Origin: a candidate division WOR-3 bacterium
GTDB taxonomy: Bacteria; Hydrothermota; 32-111
Reading direction: 5' to 3'
Assembly (NCBI GenBank): GCA_037481815.1
Contig: JBBFKX010000003.1
Span: 32,001-96,000 of the forward strand
DNA: 64,000 nucleotides
Part shown: positions 30,691 through 38,783 of the stretch, piece by piece
Layout of the letters: each line of letters opens with the position of its first letter
How positions within the stretch are numbered: position 1 is the stretch's first letter
Position numbers and translations under genes: made by a program
The notes under the pieces: generated by a model
Seen by the model: only the letters and a program-made list of their open reading frames with translations
The model's database searches: none
Told to the model about the DNA's origin: nothing

Positions 30691-32281
30691 TTCTTACAGT
30701 GTTTATAGTTTTTTTGAGTATCTCGTTGCCGGGTTGTAGTTTTAAAGCTTCCTCCCAAAATTTTAGTGCCTCATCCTTTTTTCCTTTTCTATATTTGATA
30801 TTTCCCAGCTTATAAAAGACATCAAAATCTCCTTTGTTCATATTGACTAGTTGCTCAAGAACTATTTCTGCAGCCTCAAAATTTTTTTCAAGGAAATAGA
30901 AATCGATCAACGATTTGTACGGTAAAACCTCATCTCCGCATACCTCTACACTCTTTTTTAGAAAATTTCCAGCACTCTCATATTTCCCAACAGCAAGATA
31001 CATTTGCCCGAGATTGTAATGGTACTGCCAGACGGAAGGGTCATTTTTGGAAAGTTCAAAGAATATTTCTGTCGATTCGTTTACCATTCCATATTCAAAA
31101 TATATTAATCCCAAAAAATATCTGGCATACTTTAAATTTTTATCAATGTTTAAAGCCATTTTCAACTTTTCTTCAGCATCCGAAAAAAGGTTTTCCTTGA
31201 AAAGGAGTATTCCATAGTTGGCAAGAATTTTGGGATTCTCGGGTTCCATTTTTACTGCTCTTTCATAAAATTCTTCAGCTCTTTCAAAAATTCCAAGACG
31301 TTCATAGGTAAGAGCTATATTGTTAAAGAGCTGAACATTCACAACACCCAATTTTAAAAGTTCCTCAAAAAATTTTAAAGATTCATTGTAATCCCCCATC
31401 CTGAAATATATGAGTCCAAGATAAAAATATGCTTTTACATCACTTCGATCAAGTTGTATTATATGTTTGAATTCCCTAATAGCTTCTTCATGCATTTCAG
31501 TTAAAAGAAAAGCGATGCCAAGATTATAATGTTCCATTATCTTATTCTGTGAATCAACGATCACCTCTGCACTCTTTTCCTCCCCTGCATAAATATATCC
31601 AAGTTTCAGTAATGTATAAAGTTCCTTTCCGGTTTCATATTTTCCAACAGTTGAAATCTCAAATATTTCTTTTAAAGTTCTAAATCCATCAACAAGAGAG
31701 AATATATACCTTGTGATTTCGTTTTCTATATCCTCTTCTTTCTTTATACCCGTTTTAACAAGCACTGTTTTTTCCGAAGGTAACTCTTTTTCGATTATCG
31801 ACCATTCATCGATTTTTCTTGCTTCTTCAAGTAAAACATCATCGGCCTCTATCTCAACCGTAATCGTTTCTGTAACCGGTTCGATATTTGGCTCAAAGTT
31901 AAAAAATCCTGTTTTCCAGGTTAAAAGAGTAAAAATACTATCGGTGATCTGTTGTTTTATCCTCTTTTCAAGCACCTCTTTCGAAACAAAATTCATTTCA
32001 ACGAGTATATCGCCGAGTCTTTTTTTCGATTTTATTTCTTCCTGATATTCGAGAGCTTTTTCCAACTGTTCTTTTGTGATGTCGTTTGATTTTAACAGAA
32101 GATTCCCGATCCTTTCCTCTCTGTTGACTATAGAACAATAAATTATTTTTCCATCCTTGAAAAATATATCACCAAAATTTTTCTTATCCGAAACACTCAA
32201 AACTCCAGTTTTTCTTCCAAGAGAAAGTAACTGGATTATATCCGGCAAAGATGCTTCCTGTAAATTTCCCCTTATGGCCAT
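30683..32281 (-). CDS. DUF4388 (PATAN-like) + MshEN-like + TPR protein
   Basis: MAIRGNLQEASLPDIIQLL...KTGVL and W-x-x-G-x-F-x-F (DUF4388); two R(I/L)GxxL...Q repeats; C-terminal TPR array. GAGGT RBS favours ATG 32281. Confidence 0.82.
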   Translation of the reverse strand: MAIRGNLQEASLPDIIQLLSLGRKTGVLSVSDKKNFGDIFFKDGKIIYCSIVNREERIGNLLLKSNDITKEQLEKALEYQEEIKSKKRLGDILVEMNFVSKEVLEKRIKQQITDSIFTLLTWKTGFFNFEPNIEPVTETITVEIEADDVLLEEARKIDEWSIIEKELPSEKTVLVKTGIKKEEDIENEITRYIFSLVDGFRTLKEIFEISTVGKYETGKELYTLLKLGYIYAGEEKSAEVIVDSQNKIMEHYNLGIAFLLTEMHEEAIREFKHIIQLDRSDVKAYFYLGLIYFRMGDYNESLKFFEELLKLGVVNVQLFNNIALTYERLGIFERAEEFYERAVKMEPENPKILANYGILLFKENLFSDAEEKLKMALNIDKNLKYARYFLGLIYFEYGMVNESTEIFFELSKNDPSVWQYHYNLGQMYLAVGKYESAGNFLKKSVEVCGDEVLPYKSLIDFYFLEKNFEAAEIVLEQLVNMNKGDFDVFYKLGNIKYRKGKKDEALKFWEEALKLQPGNEILKKTINTVRNG

Positions 32282-32283
32282 TT

Positions 32284-33942
32284 TCAAACCTCAAACTCTA
32301 CATACAACCTATCGGTATCATTTATCCACTCTTTAATCAATTTTGAAGAATCGAATCCACCTTTTTTAACAAACTCTCTCTTTTTGATCGTTCCAGATGG
32401 GAAAATTTTCTTTATCAGTTCTTCGGTTATATTCGTTTCATATTTTTTCAATTCAAGAAAATATCTTTCTATCTCTGACAGCGGAGTAGTAACATAATCA
32501 AGAAGGAAATTGAAAAGAAAATCGTTTATCTTGATTCCATATTTTAAAAGTAAATTTTTATACACATTCTTTTTTATAAAAAGTGATGTTGGCTGAATAT
32601 TGTAAGAGGTGTATTTGTTGAACATATCGAGGATCTCTCTATCATCGATACTGAATTTTCTTTGTAGAGTTATTACTTTCACAACATTGTTTGATAAAAT
32701 ATTCTTTATCACTGGAACGTTTTCTCTTTTTTCGTAGATCTTATCCAGATCATCGATCAAAACAAGATCCACCTCGTTTATAAATTTCATAACATAAAAA
32801 TTGTTTGCAGCCTGCTGTATATTATTTCTGTTTATGAAGATAACCCTTTTATCAACCAAACTGTTAAAGAGTCCATTCAGAATATGCGTTTTTCCTGTTC
32901 CAGGACTACCGGTTATCAAAACTATTTTATCAGTATTAACTCCATTGATTATTTCACCGATCTTATTTATAACCGATCTGTTAGAAGAATCTATAACAAA
33001 ATTGTTCAAATTCATCAGAATACTTGTTTCCTTTTCAAAAAAAGTAAAATAGTTTATTTTTTCTTTTAAAAGATCAATTTTTTCTTTCAAGATCTCGACA
33101 CGATCTGGATCAAAAAGCATCGATTCAATCTCTTGTGCTTCAGTTTTAAACTTTTTCACATTAAGAAGTCCAAACTCCTTATGTAATTCCATAAGTTTTT
33201 TTACATTCTCGGTAAACTTCTCAAACTCTTTTCTGATATAGCCGGTATCTTTTGAATTAATAACATTTTTAAGATGTTCAACGTTGAAGCCTTTCATCTC
33301 CCAGACATAAAGTTTTTCTATAAATTCCTCTTTACTTTCCTGCTCATCGAGTTTTTCTTCTACTCCTGCCTCCTGTTTTACCTGGGTTATGAAATCAACA
33401 AAGTTTATAAAATTGTTATTGATTTTCTTTTCCTTTATAAGGTTATATATTTTAAACTGTAATAAAAACTCCCTTATCCTCTCAATATTTTTTATTTCTT
33501 CAACTTTTTTTGATGATGTAATCAAAAGAAAAGTGTTCGACTTTAAACCCAAAAAAAGTTCCTCAACAAATTTTGAAAGTTCAGGATGTTTTTCTATATG
33601 ATCAAAATTTTTTACAAGGAGAATGTTTGCATAGGGAAAAATGTTTTTGTATTTGAGAAGGGTATCAGTTTTTTTTAGTTCAAAAATTTCTTTAAAATCA
33701 AGAACAAAAAGATAAAGTTCCCGAAACTTTCTTGAAAGATCAAAAAAAAGTTTATCAACAAATTCGTTTCCCGTTCCATCGTTAGAGTAAACTATTTCAA
33801 ATCTGCTTGTAAGATACCCAGTTGATAATGAATAGGAATACTCAGATTTTAAAAATGGATCTTCAGGTAAATTTTCTTTTACCGACTTGATACTAAAAAC
33901 TGTAAAATTTTCTTGAAATTCCTTTATATCATTTTGGTTCAT
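32284..33942 (-). CDS. Tandem DnaA/Hda-like AAA+ protein lacking DnaA domain IV
   Basis: C-half has NNFVIDSSNR, GSPGTGKTH, VLIDD; N-half is a degenerate copy; central coiled coil. Confidence 0.7.
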   Translation of the reverse strand: MNQNDIKEFQENFTVFSIKSVKENLPEDPFLKSEYSYSLSTGYLTSRFEIVYSNDGTGNEFVDKLFFDLSRKFRELYLFVLDFKEIFELKKTDTLLKYKNIFPYANILLVKNFDHIEKHPELSKFVEELFLGLKSNTFLLITSSKKVEEIKNIERIREFLLQFKIYNLIKEKKINNNFINFVDFITQVKQEAGVEEKLDEQESKEEFIEKLYVWEMKGFNVEHLKNVINSKDTGYIRKEFEKFTENVKKLMELHKEFGLLNVKKFKTEAQEIESMLFDPDRVEILKEKIDLLKEKINYFTFFEKETSILMNLNNFVIDSSNRSVINKIGEIINGVNTDKIVLITGSPGTGKTHILNGLFNSLVDKRVIFINRNNIQQAANNFYVMKFINEVDLVLIDDLDKIYEKRENVPVIKNILSNNVVKVITLQRKFSIDDREILDMFNKYTSYNIQPTSLFIKKNVYKNLLLKYGIKINDFLFNFLLDYVTTPLSEIERYFLELKKYETNITEELIKKIFPSGTIKKREFVKKGGFDSSKLIKEWINDTDRLYVEFEV

Positions 33943-34544
33943 CTTTTATTTTTTTCAAATCTAGTTGTAAGATTCTTTATAACAGAAAACATCGACTCTT
34001 TGAGTGTTTCTAAAACACCTACTCCCTTCGTTGCAACCGACTCAAAACTCTTCCATTCGTTTTTAAGTTGAAGAGTCGTTTTTATGGTTTCAATATCAAG
34101 AGCTGTTGGAAGATCCCTTTTATTGTACTGAATAATGAGAGGAATATTTTCTATCGATAGATTGTTTTCCTTTAGGTTTATTACAAGATTTTCAAAAGAT
34201 TCTATATTATCTTCCATCCTATCAGCCTGTGAATCGATAACAAAGACAACTCCATCGGCACCCTGTAAAACGAGTTTTCTCGTTGAATCGTAATAAACCT
34301 GACCGGGAACAGTATAGAGCTGGAATTTTGCATTGAAGTTACCAATTTTGCCAACATCAAAAGGTAGAAAATCGAAAAATAAAGTTCTATCCATTTCGGT
34401 TGCAAGTGATGTCATCTCTCCCCTTTTGTCAGGTGGAATTTTACTGAATATGTATTGAAGGTTTGTTGTCTTCCCTGACCTTCCAGGACCATAATAAACT
34501 ATCTTACAGATTATCTCTTTTTTTGCATAATTTACAAGTGACAT
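33939..34544 (-). CDS. mglA: MglA-family small Ras-like GTPase
   Basis: KIVYYGPGRSGKTTNL, TEMDRTLFFDF, LYTVPGQVYY, QYNKRD; GAGGT RBS favours MSLVNY start. Confidence 0.93.
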   Translation of the reverse strand: MSLVNYAKKEIICKIVYYGPGRSGKTTNLQYIFSKIPPDKRGEMTSLATEMDRTLFFDFLPFDVGKIGNFNAKFQLYTVPGQVYYDSTRKLVLQGADGVVFVIDSQADRMEDNIESFENLVINLKENNLSIENIPLIIQYNKRDLPTALDIETIKTTLQLKNEWKSFESVATKGVGVLETLKESMFSVIKNLTTRFEKNKR

Positions 34545-34551
34545 AATTACC

Positions 34552-35655
34552 TCAATCACCTTTTATCGTGTTGAAAACATCCGCATCGGTTGATTCTATT
34601 CCCCTTAACTTTAATTTGAACTCATCAACATTTGTAACCGATTGTATAGCGTCTTCATACGAAATGATTCCACTTTTGTACAATCTCATGATCGACTGAT
34701 CGAATGTATGCATCTGATACATCGAACCTTCTTCTATAGCTGTTGGGATAAGAAGTGTTTTTATCGGATCAAGGAGGTATTCTTTTATCGTTGGTGTATT
34801 TATCATAACTTCCGTTGCAGGAACTCTTCCCTTTCCATCGATTCTTGGAAGTAATCTTAAAGAGATAACCCCAACAAGTGTTGTTGCAAGTAGAACCCTT
34901 ATGTGTTGCTGCTGGTGTGGTGGATAGAATGATAAGATTCTGTTTATAGTTTCTGAAGCGTTCAGAGTATGCAGGGTTGAAAGAACAAGATGTCCAGTAT
35001 CTGCTGCTTTGATAGCGACATCCATAGTATCAACATCTCTTATCTCTCCCATAAGTATTATATCTGGATCCTGTCTTAGAACATGTTTCAAAGCACTCTC
35101 GTAAGAGTTCGTATCGTTACCAACTTCTCTTTGAGAGATAACGGACTTTTTATCTCTGAAAAGATACTCTATGGGATCCTCTATTGTGATGATATTTTTT
35201 GAATGGTTCTCATTTATGTATTCTATCATCGCAGCGAGTGTTGTCGATTTTCCTGAACCTGTCGTTCCAGTTGTAAGAATGAGCCCCCTCGGCTTTTCTG
35301 CCATCTCTTTTAAAACAGGTGGAAGGTTCAGTTCATCTATAGATTTTGCAGATATCGGTATCGTTCTCATCGCTATAGCAACACTTCCCCTCTGAAGGTA
35401 AACGTTTACCCTGAATCTTGATAAGCCAGCAACTCCTATCGCAAAATCGATCTCTTTTTTTGTTGCGAATTCTTCCTGTTGAGATTTTGTCATTATTTTT
35501 AAGGCAATATTTCTCAACTCATCCGGGCTCATCGGTTCTTCTTTTAAAATTTGCAATTTTCCATCTATCCTTAAAATCGGTGGAGTTCCCGCCTTCAGAT
35601 GAAGGTCTGATGCTCCGTCCTTTACCATTTTTTCAAGTAAAGCTTTCAATTCCAT
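34552..35655 (-). CDS. pilT: Type IV pilus retraction ATPase, PilT/PilU family
   Basis: SDLHL, GTTGSGKSTT, TIEDPIE, LRQDPD, GEIRD, TGHLVLSTLHT; AIRNLIRE motif replaced by TIKEYLLD. Confidence 0.88.
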   Translation of the reverse strand: MELKALLEKMVKDGASDLHLKAGTPPILRIDGKLQILKEEPMSPDELRNIALKIMTKSQQEEFATKKEIDFAIGVAGLSRFRVNVYLQRGSVAIAMRTIPISAKSIDELNLPPVLKEMAEKPRGLILTTGTTGSGKSTTLAAMIEYINENHSKNIITIEDPIEYLFRDKKSVISQREVGNDTNSYESALKHVLRQDPDIILMGEIRDVDTMDVAIKAADTGHLVLSTLHTLNASETINRILSFYPPHQQQHIRVLLATTLVGVISLRLLPRIDGKGRVPATEVMINTPTIKEYLLDPIKTLLIPTAIEEGSMYQMHTFDQSIMRLYKSGIISYEDAIQSVTNVDEFKLKLRGIESTDADVFNTIKGD

Positions 35656-35667
35656 ATTCTCTCCTTA

Positions 35668-36225
35668 TTATACTCTTTCAACATACTCGCCGGTTCTTGT
35701 ATCTATTTTTATTTTATCTCCAACATTCAAAAAAAGTGGAACTGTAACTCTAAGCCCTGTATCACAAACAGCAGGTTTACTACCACCAGATACAGTGTTC
35801 CCCCTAACTCCTGGCTCAGTTTCCACTATCTCAAGTTCAACAAAGATTGGTACTTCAATATCAATAACTCTATCACCAACAGAGAGTAAAGTAACATCCA
35901 TATTTTCTTTTAAATAGAATCTTTTTTCCTGCAATATATCTTCTGTCAAACTTATCTGCTCATATGTCTCATTGTTCATAAAAATATATTCTCCTCCATC
36001 TCTGTATAAAAATTGAAACGGATTCCTTTCAAGTTTTATCTCGTTCAAACTTTTTCCGGAATCAAAGGTCATATCGATGATATTACCATTTTCAAGATTC
36101 CGCAACTTCGTTCTCACGAATGCACCACCTTTACCCGGTTTAACATGCTGGAAATCGACAACGAGATAAATTTTACCTTCATATTCAAAAGCAAAACCTT
36201 TTCTAATATCAGCTGTTGTAGCCAT
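35668..36225 (-). CDS. efp: Elongation factor P
   Basis: HVKPGKGGAFVR, PGVRGNT, DTRTGEY. Confidence 0.98.
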   Translation of the reverse strand: MATTADIRKGFAFEYEGKIYLVVDFQHVKPGKGGAFVRTKLRNLENGNIIDMTFDSGKSLNEIKLERNPFQFLYRDGGEYIFMNNETYEQISLTEDILQEKRFYLKENMDVTLLSVGDRVIDIEVPIFVELEIVETEPGVRGNTVSGGSKPAVCDTGLRVTVPLFLNVGDKIKIDTRTGEYVERV

Positions 36226-36235
36226 TAAACCTCCA

Positions 36236-37648
36236 TCATTTTTTCTTTTGGTTTATAAATTTTATCCATTCTTGAAAATTCCCATCAAAAGAAGATTTTT
36301 CCTGTTTTTTTTCTTCAGTTTTGTTTTCATCATCCTGTTTCTTGATCTCGTAATCAACTTCTTTTTTTTCTTCTATTTTTTCTTCAGATTCCTTTTTCTC
36401 TGTTTCTTCTACAACGGTTTTATTTCCCATCTGTTCAACATTTTTTGTTTCAAATGCGACATTCTCTTCAAGGTTACCAAATTTTTTTTCGAAATCAACT
36501 TTTTCCTCTTCAGAAACATTTTCGAAAGATAAAGATCTGTTCAATTTTTCAATAAACTCGGCTCTATTTTCTTTTTTCTCACCCTCATCACTTTTGAACA
36601 TTTCTTCGTCAACTTCCTCTTTTATCATGAGTTCTCTAAGGGTTCTTATCTTTTCTGCATATCTTTCCTCATCGGGATTCTGACGAAGAAGAGTTTGGTA
36701 AATATCTATCGCTTTTTCATACTTTTTCTGTTCAACATATATGTTGGCCATCTCTTCTGAAAAGTACAGAAACCTTTTTGTTCCACTCAACTCATAAGGA
36801 ATAATCTTTTCCTCTTTCTTATCTTCCTTTTTTATGAACGGATCAACATCCTTTTTAATGAATTTTTCTTCATCGATTATTCCAACACCTTTTTTTTCTG
36901 TGGTTTCATCTTTCTCTGTATTATCAGTGTTAATTTTTTCCTCTTTTGTAAAAGTGAAAGAAGTTTTTGAATGTTCTAAAACCATTTCCTTGTCTTCTTT
37001 TGTTTCAACCTTTTTCTCTTTTTCCACTTGTTTTTCATTTTTAGTTTGTTCTTTTTTCTCTTCCTTTTTTTCTTCCTCGTCAAAACTTATCACATTTGAG
37101 GAATGCTGGATGATAAAGTCATCAACTATTTTTTTCTCTTCGAAAGCATCTTTTTGAACAACTTCTTTCTTTTCTTCCTCTTTTTTCTTTAAAAGTTTTT
37201 CTTTTTCTTCTTTTATACGATTTTCCTCCTCAATTTTTCCTCTGATTATCTTCAACTCCCTTTTCGCATCTTCGTTAAGAGGATCAAGGAAAAGAATCGT
37301 ATCGTAAAGTTTTAAGGCCTCCTGTAAGTTACCTTCCCTTTTTTTTATTTCAGCGAGTTCAGAAAAAGCAACTATGTTCTGAGGATCAAGTTTGATAACC
37401 TTTTCAAAATTTTTTGAAGCGTTAACAAAATCTTTTTTTTCTTTCAGAGCTTTTCCATAAAGAATAAGTGCTGAAACATTGTCAACATTGTATCTCAGCC
37501 CCTCTTTTAAAACGGCAAGAGATTCATCAACCATATTTACTTTTAAATAAATGTTTGCAAGTTTAATAAAAGATTTAGATTTAGGATTCCTGGAAATATC
37601 TTCAAGTAATTCTTTTATCTCTTTTTCATACATACTGTAAGAGTTCAA
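36236..37648 (-). CDS. TPR protein with long E/K-rich low-complexity linker
   Basis: N-terminal TPRs (SFIKLANIY...), acidic linker, internal EEMANIYVEQ-x-x-YEKAIDIY TPR, C-terminal FQEWI. Start is TTG 37648 (GGAGG) or ATG 37633, because the promoter lies inside the track ORF's 5' end. Confidence 0.8.
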   Translation of the reverse strand: MNSYSMYEKEIKELLEDISRNPKSKSFIKLANIYLKVNMVDESLAVLKEGLRYNVDNVSALILYGKALKEKKDFVNASKNFEKVIKLDPQNIVAFSELAEIKKREGNLQEALKLYDTILFLDPLNEDAKRELKIIRGKIEEENRIKEEKEKLLKKKEEEKKEVVQKDAFEEKKIVDDFIIQHSSNVISFDEEEKKEEKKEQTKNEKQVEKEKKVETKEDKEMVLEHSKTSFTFTKEEKINTDNTEKDETTEKKGVGIIDEEKFIKKDVDPFIKKEDKKEEKIIPYELSGTKRFLYFSEEMANIYVEQKKYEKAIDIYQTLLRQNPDEERYAEKIRTLRELMIKEEVDEEMFKSDEGEKKENRAEFIEKLNRSLSFENVSEEEKVDFEKKFGNLEENVAFETKNVEQMGNKTVVEETEKKESEEKIEEKKEVDYEIKKQDDENKTEEKKQEKSSFDGNFQEWIKFINQKKK

Positions 37649-37679
37649 AGTTCCTCCGTTGAGATTCTTTAAAATAAAA

Positions 37680-37708
37680 ATTATAATTAAAATATATAAA
37701 AGTGTCAA
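37680..37708 (-). promoter_or_regulatory. Consensus sigma70 promoter TTGACA-17-TATAAT for the TPR-efp-pilT-mglA-che-recA operon
   Basis: Plus strand tgtcaa 37703-37708 and attata 37680-37685. Confidence 0.8.
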
Positions 37709-37721
37709 CAACTCTTTTTCA

Positions 37722-37750
37722 TTGATTTTTTGTTTATAATTTAATATAAT
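37722..37750 (+). promoter_or_regulatory. Divergent sigma70 promoter TTGATT-17-TATAAT for the receiver gene
   Basis: -10 ends 6 nt before ATG 37757; no SD. Confidence 0.7.
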
Positions 37751-37756
37751 TTAATA

Positions 37757-38101
37757 ATGAAAAGAATCATTCTTGTTGAAGACGATCTCGACATAATTGA
37801 ACTTTTACTCGATGTTCTTTCAGACAAATATCAGATCTTTTATGAAACAAATGTTGAGAACTTTTTTAAACGTACAGATATAGAAACTTTTGACCTTATC
37901 ATTACCGACTATCTTCTCGACAAATATTCAGCGAAAGATATATTAGAAAAGTATGTTCATAAAAAAATTCTAATAATTTCTGCATTATCCATTACATCAC
38001 AGGAGATTTCAAGATTTGTTGACAATAAAAGAGTTTTCTATCTACAAAAACCTTTTCTTATCGATACTCTTATTTCAACGGTTGATAAAATTATAACTTG
38101 A
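37757..38101 (+). CDS. Single-domain response regulator (CheY-like receiver)
   Basis: IILVEDD, LIITDY (phospho-Asp), IISA, QKPF. Confidence 0.88.
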   Translation: MKRIILVEDDLDIIELLLDVLSDKYQIFYETNVENFFKRTDIETFDLIITDYLLDKYSAKDILEKYVHKKILIISALSITSQEISRFVDNKRVFYLQKPFLIDTLISTVDKIIT

Positions 38102-38729
38102 ATTTTTCAAAACTTTTTAAAGTTTCAAGATATTCTTCACCTTTTAACATACTTTTAAAATGGTCAAGTGATAAAAAGAGATAAATCAATGCAAAAATTA
38201 TAGCCATCCCAACATATACTGTAGGGTACTTTTGAAAATAAAGGATCAAAGGAAAGAGTGTAAAAAGTATTAAACCCAAAAGAGCAGGCCTTTTCATTAT
38301 TGGTGTTAAGATCAAAAAGATGAAAAGGTATGAAATCAGGATTTCCGGAAATAACGCAAGAAGTACTCCTAATGTTGTTGCAAGCCCTTTTCCTCCCTTA
38401 AAATTTAAAAATATAGGAAAAATATGTCCCAAAACAGATATTACTCCTGCAAAAATCAGTAGGAGATCTTTTTGTGAAAAATTTTCCGGAAGAATTTTTT
38501 TTACTACGATAACAGATATAGCACCTTTGGAAATATCGAAAATCAAAGTTAAAACACCGATAAATGTTCCTCCCTCGATTAAAACATTTGTCGCTCCTAT
38601 ATTTTTTCTTTTTCCCTCTTTTCTTATATCTCTTCCTGTTTTCAACTTATAGAATACATATCCAGACGGAAAAGAACCAATAAGGTAAGAAAGAATCAAA
38701 AATAAGATAAGATAGAGATACACTTGCAT
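38091..38729 (-). CDS. plsY: Glycerol-3-phosphate acyltransferase PlsY
   Basis: SYLIGSFP, NIGATN, DISKG, GHIFPIFLNFKGGKGLAT. Confidence 0.92.
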   Translation of the reverse strand: MQVYLYLILFLILSYLIGSFPSGYVFYKLKTGRDIRKEGKRKNIGATNVLIEGGTFIGVLTLIFDISKGAISVIVVKKILPENFSQKDLLLIFAGVISVLGHIFPIFLNFKGGKGLATTLGVLLALFPEILISYLFIFLILTPIMKRPALLGLILFTLFPLILYFQKYPTVYVGMAIIFALIYLFLSLDHFKSMLKGEEYLETLKSFEKFKL

Positions 38730-38744
38730 TTATTCTCTTATTGT

Positions 38745-38777
38745 AAAAAAAGAGGGCTTTTTTAAAAGCCCTCTTTT
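38745..38777 (-). terminator. Intrinsic terminator after pilQ
   Basis: 14-bp perfect inverted repeat aaaagagggctttt / aaaagccctctttt with a T-run on the minus strand, 6 nt past the pilQ stop. Confidence 0.85.
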
Positions 38778-38783
38778 ATCTTT

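Noticed and set aside
32284..33942. Calling the 552-aa ATPase the chromosomal initiator dnaA
   Set aside because: No domain IV HTH signature, duplicated and degenerate AAA+ modules, and no dnaN/recF/gyrB context.
36240..37230. Purine/pyrimidine-rich repetitive DNA as a repeat array or CRISPR
   Set aside because: It is explained by GAA/AAA codons of the E/K-rich linker; there is no fixed repeat-spacer unit.
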